A DNA stretch of 64,000 bases, taken from positions 930,001 through 994,000 of the forward strand of contig CP145417.1 in assembly GCA_036867785.1 (NCBI GenBank). The letters are read 5' to 3'. Shown here piece by piece: positions 1 to 11,047 of the stretch. The position numbers and the translations under genes were made by a program. How positions within the stretch are numbered: position 1 is the first letter of the stretch; each line of letters begins with the position of its first letter. The stretch is from Plasmodiophora brassicae. Its lineage: Eukaryota. A model generated the notes under the pieces. It ran no database searches, had not been told where the DNA came from, and saw only the letters and a program-made list of their open reading frames with translations.

Positions 1-2
1 AA

Positions 3-404
3 GGATCGTGCCCTTCGTGCATGCTCCAGGGAACCCAGGTGCGGCGTTGCTATCGATAGGTAGATGACCGGTTGCACGCGAACGGGAATCGTGCCGTTGT
101 CATGCAGCAGTCGAATAACGTACCGCGCGATGAGCCCGCCTAACGAGTGCCCGATGAACGAAATGTGCGTCGCATGGTGTTTCTGGCATTCATCGACAAT
201 CCAGGGCGCCAGTCGCTCGGCGGCGCCCTGTATGCCGTGCCGCGTCAGGCCATGGTTCACGGTCGGCACCAGAACAACAGCGCTTATCCCGGTGGCATCG
301 CGAAACCGCTCGCGCAGTCGCGTCGCCATGTAGGCGAAGTCGTCGGCCAGCCCGTGGAGGCCATGGACCATCACGACGGCATGCACGGCGCGCGTCGGCG
401 GCAT
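3..404 (-). CDS. DUF676-type putative serine esterase/lipase (5' part; runs off the left edge)
   Basis: Manual minus-strand translation from ATG 404 gives MPPTRAVHAVVMVHGLHG...HISFIGHSLGGLIARY...YLSIATPHLG. The HG oxyanion motif, GHSLGG nucleophile elbow and TPHLG motif are typical of DUF676. Absent from the ORF track because it has no stop in the window. Confidence 0.85.
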   Translation of the reverse strand, partial: MPPTRAVHAVVMVHGLHGLADDFAYMATRLRERFRDATGISAVVLVPTVNHGLTRHGIQGAAERLAPWIVDECQKHHATHISFIGHSLGGLIARYVIRLLHDNGTIPVRVQPVIYLSIATPHLGSLEHARRARS

Positions 405-582
405 CCTCGCCGGCCCTGCAGTGACCGGTGGCGGCCCGCTTACATTAATCGTTCGACGCCGGCGCAGTTCCGTAGTTTTGCGCGACTGCAGCTGCTCGCG
501 CACTTACCTAAAGATAAGTACCCAGCACGTGCACGCTACGAGTACGCGACGCGCGGCGACCAGGATCCCAAGCCGTTTACTT

Positions 583-1095
583 CTACCCTGTGTGGTGGGC
601 GGCCTCAGCGGGTACGCCTGCCAGGTTGCTGTGTTCCATCATCAGTGCAGTCATGTCGATGAACAGCTCGCCGTCTATGGTTTGAGCGCGCTGGGCATCG
701 AGACGGGCACGCTCGGCGAGGAGATTGGCCACGCTGACGTGTGCCTGGGCAGCTCTGAGAATCAGCTCGGCAACCTCGTCGTTACGTCGAGCAGCGTCGG
801 CGTGTAGCTGTGCACACATCTCTTCGCCCTGACCAACGTAGTCTGCCATAAGGATGCGTAGGCCTCTCAGGTGGACATTTCCGGCCTTGCGTTGTCGAGC
901 CTCACGTCGCCGTTGCTTAGCCTCGAGTCTCAGCCGTACAGATTCACGTTTCCGTTCGGCGGCCTCGCGTCGTCGTTCAGCAGCAGCGCATCTCATCTGA
1001 GTAGCGTGCCGTAGTCGTTGAGCAGCCTGACGTCGCAATTCAGCGGCCTGGCGTTTGAGCTGGGCACTATCGCCCGCTGCGAGCGGCTGAACCAT
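583..1095 (-). CDS. hypothetical coiled-coil protein
   Basis: Arg/Ala/Glu/Gln-rich helical ORF. First ATG at 1095. The 3' end may be spliced. Confidence 0.45.
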   Translation of the reverse strand: MVQPLAAGDSAQLKRQAAELRRQAAQRLRHATQMRCAAAERRREAAERKRESVRLRLEAKQRRREARQRKAGNVHLRGLRILMADYVGQGEEMCAQLHADAARRNDEVAELILRAAQAHVSVANLLAERARLDAQRAQTIDGELFIDMTALMMEHSNLAGVPAEAAHHTG

Positions 1096-1290
1096 GTCGT
1101 CGTCCACGTCGACCTCCCCGATCGGCGGTCAACGTCGGAGGATAGGAATGCGATTTATCTTGGGCGGCGTCGGCGGGCACAACGACGGAATGGTCACCTG
1201 GACGATATTAGGCGCGAGCGCGTGCCAGTCGGTGTGCCCGTCGATACGAGTACTGCCTGTGGGCGTGCCTGGATTATCTCGTCGACTACG

Positions 1291-1818
1291 ATGAACGGAC
1301 GGCTGTCACCGGACCCCATTGGACCACGATGCTCGTCGATCTCTGACGATCTACAGGCAATGTCGTTCGCCGACAAAGCAGCGCCGGCTGCCGATGACCA
1401 CAAGGGCGCCGACGCCTGTGCCATGGAAATCGATTCGGGGGACGGAGCGTCACCGGGCAACGTCTCCGCCAGGGGACGCGTTAAGCGACACATGACCTCA
1501 ACAGTCCAGGCGCGCCCGACGTCGTCGGCCAGCCCCAGAAAACGCCTCGCCAGGACGCGAAGCAAGAGTGTGGCGGATCTCGCGAGCACGCCGCACGCAG
1601 GCGCTCGGCCCACCACGAAGTACCTCGCCAGAACGCGCAGCAAGAGTGTCCCGTCTCTACCTGACAGCGCCGTGCTAACGGGAACGGTGCCGCTGCGACC
1701 CAGCTCTGCTGGCGCCGACCGACGGCCAGACGCGCTGCGAACCTACCGCCTCATGCGCAAGAAAGCGTTCGTCCAGTCGTTCTTTGACCTCATCGACAGG
1801 CTTCGCGAAGAGATGTGA
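1291..1818 (+). CDS. hypothetical low-complexity protein with a duplicated LARTRSKSV motif
   Basis: Ser/Pro/Arg-rich ORF containing two copies of (R/Y)LARTRSKSV and a helical C-terminus. Start uncertain. Confidence 0.5.
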   Translation: MNGRLSPDPIGPRCSSISDDLQAMSFADKAAPAADDHKGADACAMEIDSGDGASPGNVSARGRVKRHMTSTVQARPTSSASPRKRLARTRSKSVADLASTPHAGARPTTKYLARTRSKSVPSLPDSAVLTGTVPLRPSSAGADRRPDALRTYRLMRKKAFVQSFFDLIDRLREEM

Positions 1819-1899
1819 CAGTGGACGATGCGGATTAAGTCGTGCCGACTTTCTGCACCCGCATGCACAGCGCTGTTAACTTGAACGCGTCGTACATTA

Positions 1900-3785
1900 C
1901 TATGCTGCGGCCTTCTGGCGAGTGTCAACGAGTCTGGTCAATGATCTCGACGCTAACACTGCAACCGCTGCGACACCGACGCCGGCACCAAACAGGGCCA
2001 GCCCGGCGCCGGCGGCCTCGGCCAGAAACAATCGAGCATCTAGGGTCGTCCACACCGACTCGGTCCATATGCTGGACGCCTCGCCCATCACCTTCCAAAC
2101 CCCTTTGCCAACATCGAACCGTATGTCCGGGTCGAGGGCGTCATGGTAGTGGGTTTCCGTAAACCCAATGGATTGCAACCACTGATGGATGAGACGCGGT
2201 GCATCGAAGACGGCGTTGGGGTCGGACAGGCCCTGGTAGACGCCAGGGTAGTGCGAGATACGGCCGCTCAACGAGCGAAGGGAGTTCTGGATAGCATAAC
2301 GCGGCAGGACAGAAGCAGCAATGGAGCAGTTATCGAATCCATCACGAGCCAGGCAGGCGAATAGAGCGCCGACCAACGTGCAATTGGCTGAGACAAGAGG
2401 GCCAGCATAACCGGCCAGAGACAGCGCGGCTCTGGCTGTAACCGTTGCGGCGGTGCAAGCTCCATCAACGACGTCATCAGAGACAACGTTATCGAACTCG
2501 CTGTCGTAGAACGACGACGCAAACTTGGAGTCAAAGCCAGACAGAACGGCAGACGGGATTGACGATGGGAACGCCCAGCTCGACGAAGGAGGCAACCCAG
2601 CTGATGAAGACCGTGCCAACCCGCCGCTCCGAAGCGCTTGGGAAATCGCGGACGACCCTGGGTTGCTGCTCGATGTGTGCACATAAAGCGGCGTAGACGA
2701 CGGTCCGACTTGCTGCACCTCGATGAGCGATGAGACCGCATTCAGTGGGATCGAAGTGAATGCCGTGTCGATGCGAATTGGGTTTGCGCACCCGCCACCG
2801 CTATTGCTATTGCACGAGAACGCGGTGAGATCCTGAACAAAGCTTCGCGATCCAATCAGGTCATAGGCCTCGCCGTTGAACCAGGCGAACACAATCGACG
2901 ACGGAAGCGAGACGCGGTCCTTAGCGCTAACACCAGTTGCGATCGTGGCCGCAGCGCCCAGCAACGCAACCGTCCCAGACACAGCACGATCGGCACCGAC
3001 AGCACGGTCATGCAGCATCGCCGTCGCATCCATCCCCGTCACAACCATGATGACGTTAGGGTTGTCGGACGACAGCGGTTTCGCCAAGGATGACCAGACG
3101 TTGTACCCGCCTATGGGACTGCACGTGTTCGCTTCCAGGCACGTTTTGCTGTTGTCCTTGCCCTTCATCGAGAACCGAAACCGGGCCTGGTACCGAGGCG
3201 TATGGCCGTTCCGAACCTGGTCGGCATTCTGCGCCTGCATGACGGCAAGCTTGTCGTATATCGAACTGCCAACCTGCCAACCGGATGTCACAACACAAGT
3301 ACACGGGATCGAACCGCAGGACCGACCTGAACGATGGCGAAATCCATCGACCGCGACAGAAGGTCTGTCCCAGTCGGGTTCCAGATTTTCGGTGGCGTAA
3401 CGGGTGCCCGAGAGGCGAGCGGCGATTGAGAGGCGGGAGAATTCGACGTCGGTCGATCATCAAAAGATGTCAGGAGGATACCTGCGATGTCGTAGGAGCT
3501 GACCTGGTCCAGCATCGTCGGCGTGAGGTCCTTGAATTCCAGAACGAGCGCATAGGGCGGCGGCCCACCGGCGCCGGACCGGAGCTGGTCGAGCGACACG
3601 ATCGTCCCGATGCGGTCGTCGACCGAGCACCCGACCGCCCCGCTCCGATTCAGCAGGCGCACGCAGGAGAACGCGCTGTCCAGCACGGTGTAGATATACT
3701 TGTCGACGTTGCCGAGCGCGGACGCGGCCGTCGCTAGACCGACGACGGCGATCACCGCCATTGCCGTCACCGTCACCCTCCGCAT
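1900..3785 (-). CDS. NCSTN: nicastrin (gamma-secretase subunit), 2 exons
   Basis: Signal peptide, CVRLLN...GCS, PIGGYNVWSSL, FNGEAYDLIGSR, WTESVW and a C-terminal TM helix. A phase-0 GT-AG intron at 3274-3326 joins the two ORFs. Confidence 0.9.
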
Positions 3786-4269
3786 GGCGCACTGTTATGA
3801 ATTTAGATTGACCAGTCGGACGCCGAAAAAATATATATCCAGGGCGGCCGCTCCAATTCCATAACCAACGTCGCCTCCAGGACACGCGACAGTTATAGAG
3901 CCCAGTCGCGGCGGAACCGCAGCATGAACGGCACAGGGAACGGCAACACGCCGTCCTCAGCGATTACACTCACGGAGACTGAGTGGCGTCCCGCGGCGCA
4001 TTGTGGTAAAAGGGGGGCGCAGGGATGAGACGCGTTTCCGCATGCGACGAAGAGCGAGCTGTAATCGCATCCGGCAGTAGTCGGTAAGCTGCAGTGATAT
4101 TCGATGGTCGGTGAGGCCAGCCGTGGTGCGCGCAGCCCACTGGCGGTGCGGTATATTTTGGGTGAGTGTGAGTTCCTAATTGCGCGGCGGACGGGGAAGT
4201 AAAGTCATCGGAGAGGCGGACACACACAGTCGACGCTGCCGTGGCTGTCCAACGGGGGCCCGCGCCGCC

Positions 4270-5137
4270 ATGAATCTGTTCGGGAAGAAGAAGCCGCCGG
4301 CGCCCAACATGAACGAATCCATACTGAAGCTGCGTGAGACGATCAACCAGCTCGGTAAGCGCGAGGAGTTCCTGCAGAAGCAGGCCGATCAATGCCTGGA
4401 GGCGGCGAAACAGAAGTCCAAGAAGAAGGACAAGAGAGGTACACGCCGCCGTCTGGTTCACGATACCACGTCTGTGCGTCCTCATTTATCAATTCGTGTA
4501 GGTGCGTTGTTCGAATTGAAACGGAAGAAAATGTTCGAAAAGCAGATTGATCAAATGTTCGGCAAGCGTGTCAACCTGGAGACACAAATATTCGCATTGG
4601 AATCTGCTGCGACAAACAGAGAGGTCATCACAGCGATGCAGCATGGCAAGAACGCCATCGATCAGTCGATGAAATCATTGTACGCTGCGCGCCGTCGGCT
4701 GGACAGCATTGTGCTAATCGCCGTACTGGCAGTGATGTGGACAATGTGGCCGATATTATGGACGGTATCGACGACAGCGTGGCAATGGTCGAGGACCTTG
4801 ATAACGCCTTGTCTCAACCGTTGGGTGCAACATCGTATGCCGACGTGCGTCACACGCTGCTGTACACCGTATCGCTTTGTAACCACCGTTTTAGGACGAA
4901 CTTGAAGCTGAACTTGCCGAGCTGGAAGACCAAACGTTGCAAGAAGAGCTGTTGGCAACCCCGGAAGTATCGCGAATGCCGCAAATACCCGCTGCAAAGG
5001 GTATCTCCCACCTAATTCGTAATTTCAGTCTTGGCTGAACGCCTTGTGTTACAGCAAAGCCACAAGCAGCGGCGACGACAGCGGAGAGCCAGATCGATGC
5101 AGATCTGGCAGAGCTCGAAGCCGAGTTTGCCATCTAG
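4270..5137 (+). CDS. VPS32: ESCRT-III Snf7/Vps32 (CHMP4) family, multi-exon
   Basis: MNLFGKKK...ILKLRETINQLGKREEFL...ALFELKRKKMFEKQI...LETQIFALE and an acidic C-terminus ending DLAELEAEFAI*. Several short introns. Confidence 0.9.
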
Positions 5138-5188
5138 TGTTCTGAGGATATCGCACCCATTTACAGTACCAATCAATGAATCTCACCT

Positions 5189-5560
5189 ATTAGGGAAACG
5201 CCCGATTGCTCTGTCATGGTACCGAACGCGATCTGCGAGGGGTTCTTGTCTCAGGCAGGCACCGTCCGGCAGGGTGTCGATGGCGGATGTTGGTAGGGGA
5301 ACGATCGAGAACTACAACGTCACCTGACTGGCTCGATGTCATGTCCTGCACCGCCAGTACGGCGAGTTGCGACACGATCAGCGACATGGGTGCCTTCCAG
5401 GCGGCACAGGTTCGCCCAGCAGGCGCATGACGTTCCTGCAGGGCATCGTCAGGTCGTCCTGGACCCTGTCGGCAGCTGCTGTTAGGTGCTTGGAATCCAC
5501 ACATTTGCGGTTCTGAGATCGGGTTGTGTTCCCGGCGACTACTGGCATTGTTGTGGGTTG
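5189..5560 (-). pseudogene. decayed partial duplicate of the 3' end of the adjacent 7TM gene
   Basis: gtacggcgagttgcgacacg...ccaggcggcacag...gcgcatgacg at ~5357-5432 matches ~5891-5967. cgatggcggat and cctgactggc are also shared. Contains deletions and frameshifts. Confidence 0.75.
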
Positions 5561-5654
5561 TGTCATGTCTGCCACTCTGTAACGACTGAAGTAACGCGCT
5601 CGTGCACGTCCCTGTGCATTCCTGGACACTACCTGATGCAGTGAAGCTCATGTA

Positions 5655-7043
5655 TTAGGAGAGCACTCGATTGGTTCGCCCTGGGCCAGGTGCTACGACA
5701 ACCGTAGCGCCCACAAGGGCGGGCGTCGCTGGGGGATTCCGGTTCCAGCCAGGCACCTTCAGGCAGGTATCGATGGCGGATAGTTTGGGACGATATGTGA
5801 TTAACAGGGAAAAGGTCGAGAACAGTGACATCGCCTGACTGGCACCGGATGCGATCAGCAGGTCGGTCGGGGACCGATTCTGCACGACGGGTACGGCGAG
5901 TTGCGACACGAGCAACAACGTGGACACTGTCCAGGCGGCACAGATTCGCACGGCAAGCGCATGACGCTGGATCAGAGCTTGGCCCGTCAGCGTTCCTCGA
6001 CGTCTCGATTCCACCATTTGTCGCACAACAACGAAGCAGTGGAATCCGTTGTTGAACGCGTAGATGATGGTGGGCGCCAGTAGCGCCAAATGCGTTTCGA
6101 TCACGCCCATCGGCAGCACTTGTGTGCTGGACGCCACGCTGACAACAATCAGCATGACTGTCGTTATCAGAAAACCGGCAACGGCGGCGACACGATCTGC
6201 AATGATCTTGGCACGCTGCCTAGTGTACGCCTCGAGCGCCAACGTTGCATTCATGTTCAAAGCAGCGCGGGACATCGCAACGATGGGCATGTCGATGTAG
6301 CTGACGAACACGAGAGCGGGGTAGGCCAGGCCCTGCTCGCGGAACAACGCGACGTTGACGATCCGGATCGTTCGCACCACGTGGCCGAGCAGCAGGAAGA
6401 AGATGCTGATCACCGGCGGCCACGGTGGTGCCCGCACCTTCCATTTGTCGTCAATGACGAATTGCAGGATCCGAACAGTCTCGAACACGACAATGCCAGC
6501 GTACCCCACGGCGACGACGCCGAAGCAGGCGGCCGTGGATGGAAGGCGTAGGGCAACGGCGGCCGGGTTCCGATCGATGCCCGCTCCGTCGGACGCCATT
6601 GTGATTGCGCCAGAGGGATCGATCGTTCCAATGTCGTCAGCGACTGCAAGAATGGGCAACGTGGCGAACGCATCCGCTTGCGGGACCCAATACGACCAGG
6701 CCAGCATCTCCATTGTCGTATGAAGCAGGCTGGACGAGGGCGCGTGGAACACGACGCCAACGCACCGGTTGCTGTTGCAGGCGCTGGCCCACTCGGCAAC
6801 GTTGACGGTGACAGTGGTTACTTTGACGAAGACGACTCGGTTGCGGGCATCGGCGCCGATGACCGATGGGCGGTCCAGACCGTCTACGAGGAAGGGCGCA
6901 CCCGTGACGTTGAAGGTCGTGTTCCCCATGGCGAACCCATAGCTCGTCACTGAACGAGCATGCCCATCAACAGATCTGATCGTCAACGCGTCCGCGGTCG
7001 CCCATAACCCGGCGACTATCACGGTCACCAATACCATCGTCAT
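5655..7043 (-). CDS. signal peptide + PA-like extracellular domain + 7TM (GPCR-like) membrane protein
   Basis: Intronless ORF from MTMVLVTVIVAGLWATADA. About 160-aa ectodomain, then seven hydrophobic segments countable by eye. Confidence 0.7.
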   Translation of the reverse strand: MTMVLVTVIVAGLWATADALTIRSVDGHARSVTSYGFAMGNTTFNVTGAPFLVDGLDRPSVIGADARNRVVFVKVTTVTVNVAEWASACNSNRCVGVVFHAPSSSLLHTTMEMLAWSYWVPQADAFATLPILAVADDIGTIDPSGAITMASDGAGIDRNPAAVALRLPSTAACFGVVAVGYAGIVVFETVRILQFVIDDKWKVRAPPWPPVISIFFLLLGHVVRTIRIVNVALFREQGLAYPALVFVSYIDMPIVAMSRAALNMNATLALEAYTRQRAKIIADRVAAVAGFLITTVMLIVVSVASSTQVLPMGVIETHLALLAPTIIYAFNNGFHCFVVVRQMVESRRRGTLTGQALIQRHALAVRICAAWTVSTLLLVSQLAVPVVQNRSPTDLLIASGASQAMSLFSTFSLLITYRPKLSAIDTCLKVPGWNRNPPATPALVGATVVVAPGPGRTNRVLS

Positions 7044-7212
7044 CACTGACCTGGTACAGTGACGAGATCGGACGGTACTGGTAATTCGCAGCGGGTGATG
7101 TATCGTGGGGGACTCTGCAACCAAGGACGGTACGTACGTTTCTCCAGGCAGGGCATCCGCTCTGTGGAGGCCTGGCCAGGAACGACATATCTGCGTGTAT
7201 TTGATCATTGGC

Positions 7213-7945
7213 TTATGTATTGTATTGTAAGGGCATTTCAGGCGAGCACGCTACTCCAGGTCTGATGGCAGCCTTGATGACGTCAAGCTGTGCGGTACAA
7301 GTTGCATCAGCCAGAGGTGCAGTCAGTGCGGCGTCCTGTCGTCCAAGGGCGATCTGCACCCAGCTCCGTTGTTCTGCCACACTATGGACGATCAGTCAGA
7401 TCCTGGGGGCATCCTGGAGCGGCCCACCTGCACGCATTGAGACATACGCAGGGCGTCATGTGAAGGGGTGTACTCTTCGTTCATATGCTGTCACGACACG
7501 ACGAACGGCGACACCACTACAGAATTGTGTACTACACGCTCTGGCCATGAAGGGTGTACCAACACGTAGTATGCCCCGGTCATGTGTCGATTAGCGTCAG
7601 CGGACCCTGCCTTGATCGGGCACTTCTTGTGGACGTCAGAAATGACGCGATCTGTAGGCCGCCGGTGCCATTGAGGTGCCGGGCGGGCACCCATGTCCGC
7701 TCGGATGGGGTCACCCTCCCAGTCCACGAAGTAATGTAGCGAGTCCCCGGCCTCGGCTATCGACGTCCACTCGATGCGGAAGTATCCGGAACCATCCCGA
7801 CGCACGGCATCCCAGATGAGATGCTGCATGCTCTTCGTCAGTTAAGCGCCATTGACGACCACATTGACGGTCGCATGCCGATCAACGGCCAGAATTGCTC
7901 AGCACACGTTATGTTGGCTGGTCGATGCAATCCACCCTTGGACAT
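7213..7945 (-). CDS. hypothetical multi-exon protein (weak resemblance to the RNase P/MRP Rpp40 C-terminus)
   Basis: ORF 7491-7829 plus a downstream frame containing SWVQIALGRQD. Exon structure unresolved. Confidence 0.25.
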
Positions 7946-8008
7946 GTCCGTTTTAGGATCGTCGTCAGGTACTGGAACTTCACAGTGTCAGTACAGTCAG
8001 CTGGAGAG

Positions 8009-10608
8009 ATGGCGTCTAATGACGACCCAGCGGCACCGACGGTCGACCTCGTGGTGACTGGCATTCGCGGGTTGTTCTTCGGCAGGCGACCCGACGCTGC
8101 CGCCGAAGAAGCTGAGCAGAAGGCTAAGAAGAAGGCGCCTGGCAAAGCGCCACCGCCCGACGATTCACAGAAATGCACCCGCCCACCATCGCGCCTGCGT
8201 GTCCACCTGCGCGCCTTTGGCGACGAGCTCAAGTCCGACTGGATCCCAGGCGCGTTCGACACCGACGTTTCCGTCCGTCTGGTTCATCGCCCGACCTCGC
8301 TGGTGGCGCTAGCCGACCTGATCCTCACCAGTGGCAATTCGCCGATAACCGTCGATGTTCTCGAGGAGCGCCCAGGAACAGACGGCGACGAATTGCTGAT
8401 CGGGACCGCTTCCATCAACAGCAACGATTTGCTTCACGGCAGCGGGTCAGAAGGCGGCTGGACCGCCCTGAAGTTCGCTGACGGCGTCGACCGCCTCGAA
8501 ACGATCATCGTGGAAGACCCAGTCGGAGTTACACCGCCGTCCCTGCAAACGAAGACGAACCTCCCGCCACCTGAACTCAACGCCACGGTGACGTGCTCGC
8601 CATCGCCGCTCGTCGATTGGCCGAGCTCTGCCGTCGTCAGCGCTCGCTTGAACTCGGTACGTTTCCGTCGTCGTCCGACCCTCGCCGGTTCCAATGTGTA
8701 CGTAGGTGACTCTGCCTGCTGGATCGTTCACCATCACCGTCACGTTGGACGAGCGCTCCGCGTCGATACCAGTGACGTCAACGGGTGATGGTGCCCCGAC
8801 GGCGATCGCGTTCACGAAACGATGGTTCCTCGCCCCGCGCGATGTCGTCGCCTTCCGGCAGCGGATCATCGCAGGCAACGCTCCATCAGTAACGGCAACG
8901 CTGTCGCCTGATGGGACGACGTACACCATCAGCACACGGACGATGTTGCACCCTCTGGAGCATCTGTCCACCGTTGTCGTGGCCGGGGACAGCGCCCCGG
9001 ATCTCGACTGGCTGCTCGAGATCGATCGCCCACTTGGCGGTAGCGCCATTGTACAAGACCCCGCTCCTATTGGTATGCAACCATCAGCCCTGCCGTTCTG
9101 GTTGAGCGCACGGGCACGAGCCCTGCGGGACGTCAGAGCGCATCTGGAGCAGGCCGTCGTCTCCATAACCGAACAGCAGCGACGACACCAGGAGACGTTC
9201 CAGGACAAGTCAGGGATCGTTGACGAGATCCGTACGCGTCTGGCAGGGCCCTTGTCGCGCCTAGCAGCAACCATGTTTCCGGTAGACGACGCACGGGAAG
9301 AAAACAAGGTGGCGCTGACGAAGGTCGTCGAATCGTTATTGTCGGAGGCCATCGCGAACGTTCTGTCCCTGGAGCAGGATCAGGATTCAGGAACCGCCAA
9401 GTACCCGTCGTTGAGGGACAATCGGCTCCGTCTCGGGCGCCAGGCGATGCGTGAGAGGTCGTGGAATCGCGCGGCAGCGCTTCTGGAGGAGGTCGTCTCC
9501 GAAGGGGCTGACGGGGCCGATCAGTCCCGGCTGCTAATCGACCTGGCAATGTGTCGCCTTCATCAACGGGACTATGATAACGCCAGCGTCCTGCTGGACC
9601 GCGCTGGTGTCGCTGCCGATGATGTATCGGCGGCGGCGGCTCTCGAATTTAAAGACTATGGGCGATGCAGACGCATCTTGAAGCGCCAATCAGAGCCTTC
9701 CTCTCCTGTCATGCAAACGCTCAAGGTCAGTCACAAACAGTCGTCAACAGGGGGTGACGACATACATGCTGAGGCCGCTTCTAGATTCTTTACGAGTACA
9801 ACGACCAACCGCACATGGTGCTGGCCAGGCTTCGCGGTCAGGGGCACCGACCCGGAGCGTTTCCGGATGAGGCATCCTTCATCGCAACGGCGCAAAGCCT
9901 CATCACGTGGGGATTGCCACTAACAGCGACGACTCTGCTGAGCGACCTAGTGGCCTCATCGGCGTCGATTGCCCAGTTGCTGAAAGGGCAAGCACTGAGC
10001 ATGCTGGGGGACATCACAGAGGCCATCCGCGTGCTCGAGAGCGTGCCGGCGACGCTGGACACGATTACCGCTCTCGGTCACGCGTACTATGAGCATGGGC
10101 AACCAGACGCGGCACGGTTCCTGTACGAACGCTGCGATACGATGGAGGGCGGCACCGATTCGTTGGTCCACCTGCGCCATGGCCACCTGCTCTACAGGTT
10201 GCACCGGTACGAACCCGCATTGCACATGTTCCAGCGTGTGCTGGAGCAGCACCCCGACAGTGTGTCCGCCTGGTTGGGCTGTGGGCAGTGCTACTCGAGA
10301 TTGGGCGTCGAGTTTGCCGCCAAAGCGGAACAGTGCCTGTCCAGGGCGACCTCGATGGACCCGGAATGCGGCGATGCCTGGGGACAGCTGGCTATGCTGT
10401 ACGACGACCCGCAGGTAAAGCGACCGCAGCAAGAAGTCGAAGCCACAGCTGCGGTCGCCCTCCAGCATCCGTTCGAAAATGTGGAACTTCACAGGTAGTG
10501 GATTTCATACGAGACGACGTCGATGGAATTGATCGCGTTCCCCACTTAGGAAAGTCGTCGAGATCGTTCGACGCGAAGGCGGAGGGTCTCAGGCATGAAC
10601 TGGAATAA
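8009..10608 (+). CDS. TPR protein with N-terminal C2-like region, CFAP70/TTC18-like, multi-exon
   Basis: Three consecutive ORFs joined by short introns. KAKKKAPGKAPPP insert and beta-rich N-half. C-terminal TPRs (LGHAYY, SAWLGCGQCYSRLG, DAWGQLAMLY). Confidence 0.65.
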
Positions 10609-10666
10609 ACAAGAAAACGGAACAATAAAGAAGGGCGGCCAAAGTTTAGAACCCGATCCAATCTAC

Positions 10667-10897
10667 CTATCGCGAACGGTGCTGCCCGGCGACGCATTCG
10701 TCGAGGAGGATCCACGGCGCCGCCGACAGCTGCAGGCTCTGGCCGACCTGGCTGATGATCCTGGCGTTCAGCGCGATCGTCTCGATGCTGCCGGCGATGT
10801 CGCTGACGCCCTTCGTGATCTCGGACAGCAGCTGCTGGCGCTCCCGGTCGAACGCCGTTGATGATGACGGCACTGCCCCGGCCTGATGATCGCCCAT
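10667..10897 (-). CDS. DAD1: DASH/Dam1 complex subunit Dad1-like protein
   Basis: 76 aa. AFDRERQQLLSEITKGVSDIAGSIETIALNARIISQVGQSLQLSAAPW fits the Dad1 pattern F..(Q/E)R..L..EI...VG.......W. Confidence 0.6.
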   Translation of the reverse strand: MGDHQAGAVPSSSTAFDRERQQLLSEITKGVSDIAGSIETIALNARIISQVGQSLQLSAAPWILLDECVAGQHRSR

Positions 10898-11047
10898 CGC
10901 GACAACGGGATATCGGGGCCACGGCCTTCGAATCTGCGTTTTGACGCGTGACCCGCGCACCGTCGGCTCGCTGAAGAGGAGAGGCACGGCTTTGAACCAC
11001 ATTTGGGGAGAGTAGAATTGTTTCGAAACGTTCCGCGTCTGCCCGCG

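Noticed and set aside
8447-9352. 301-aa antisense ORF, and similar long antisense ORFs across the window
   Set aside because: Shadow ORFs expected opposite high-GC coding sequence; no motifs.
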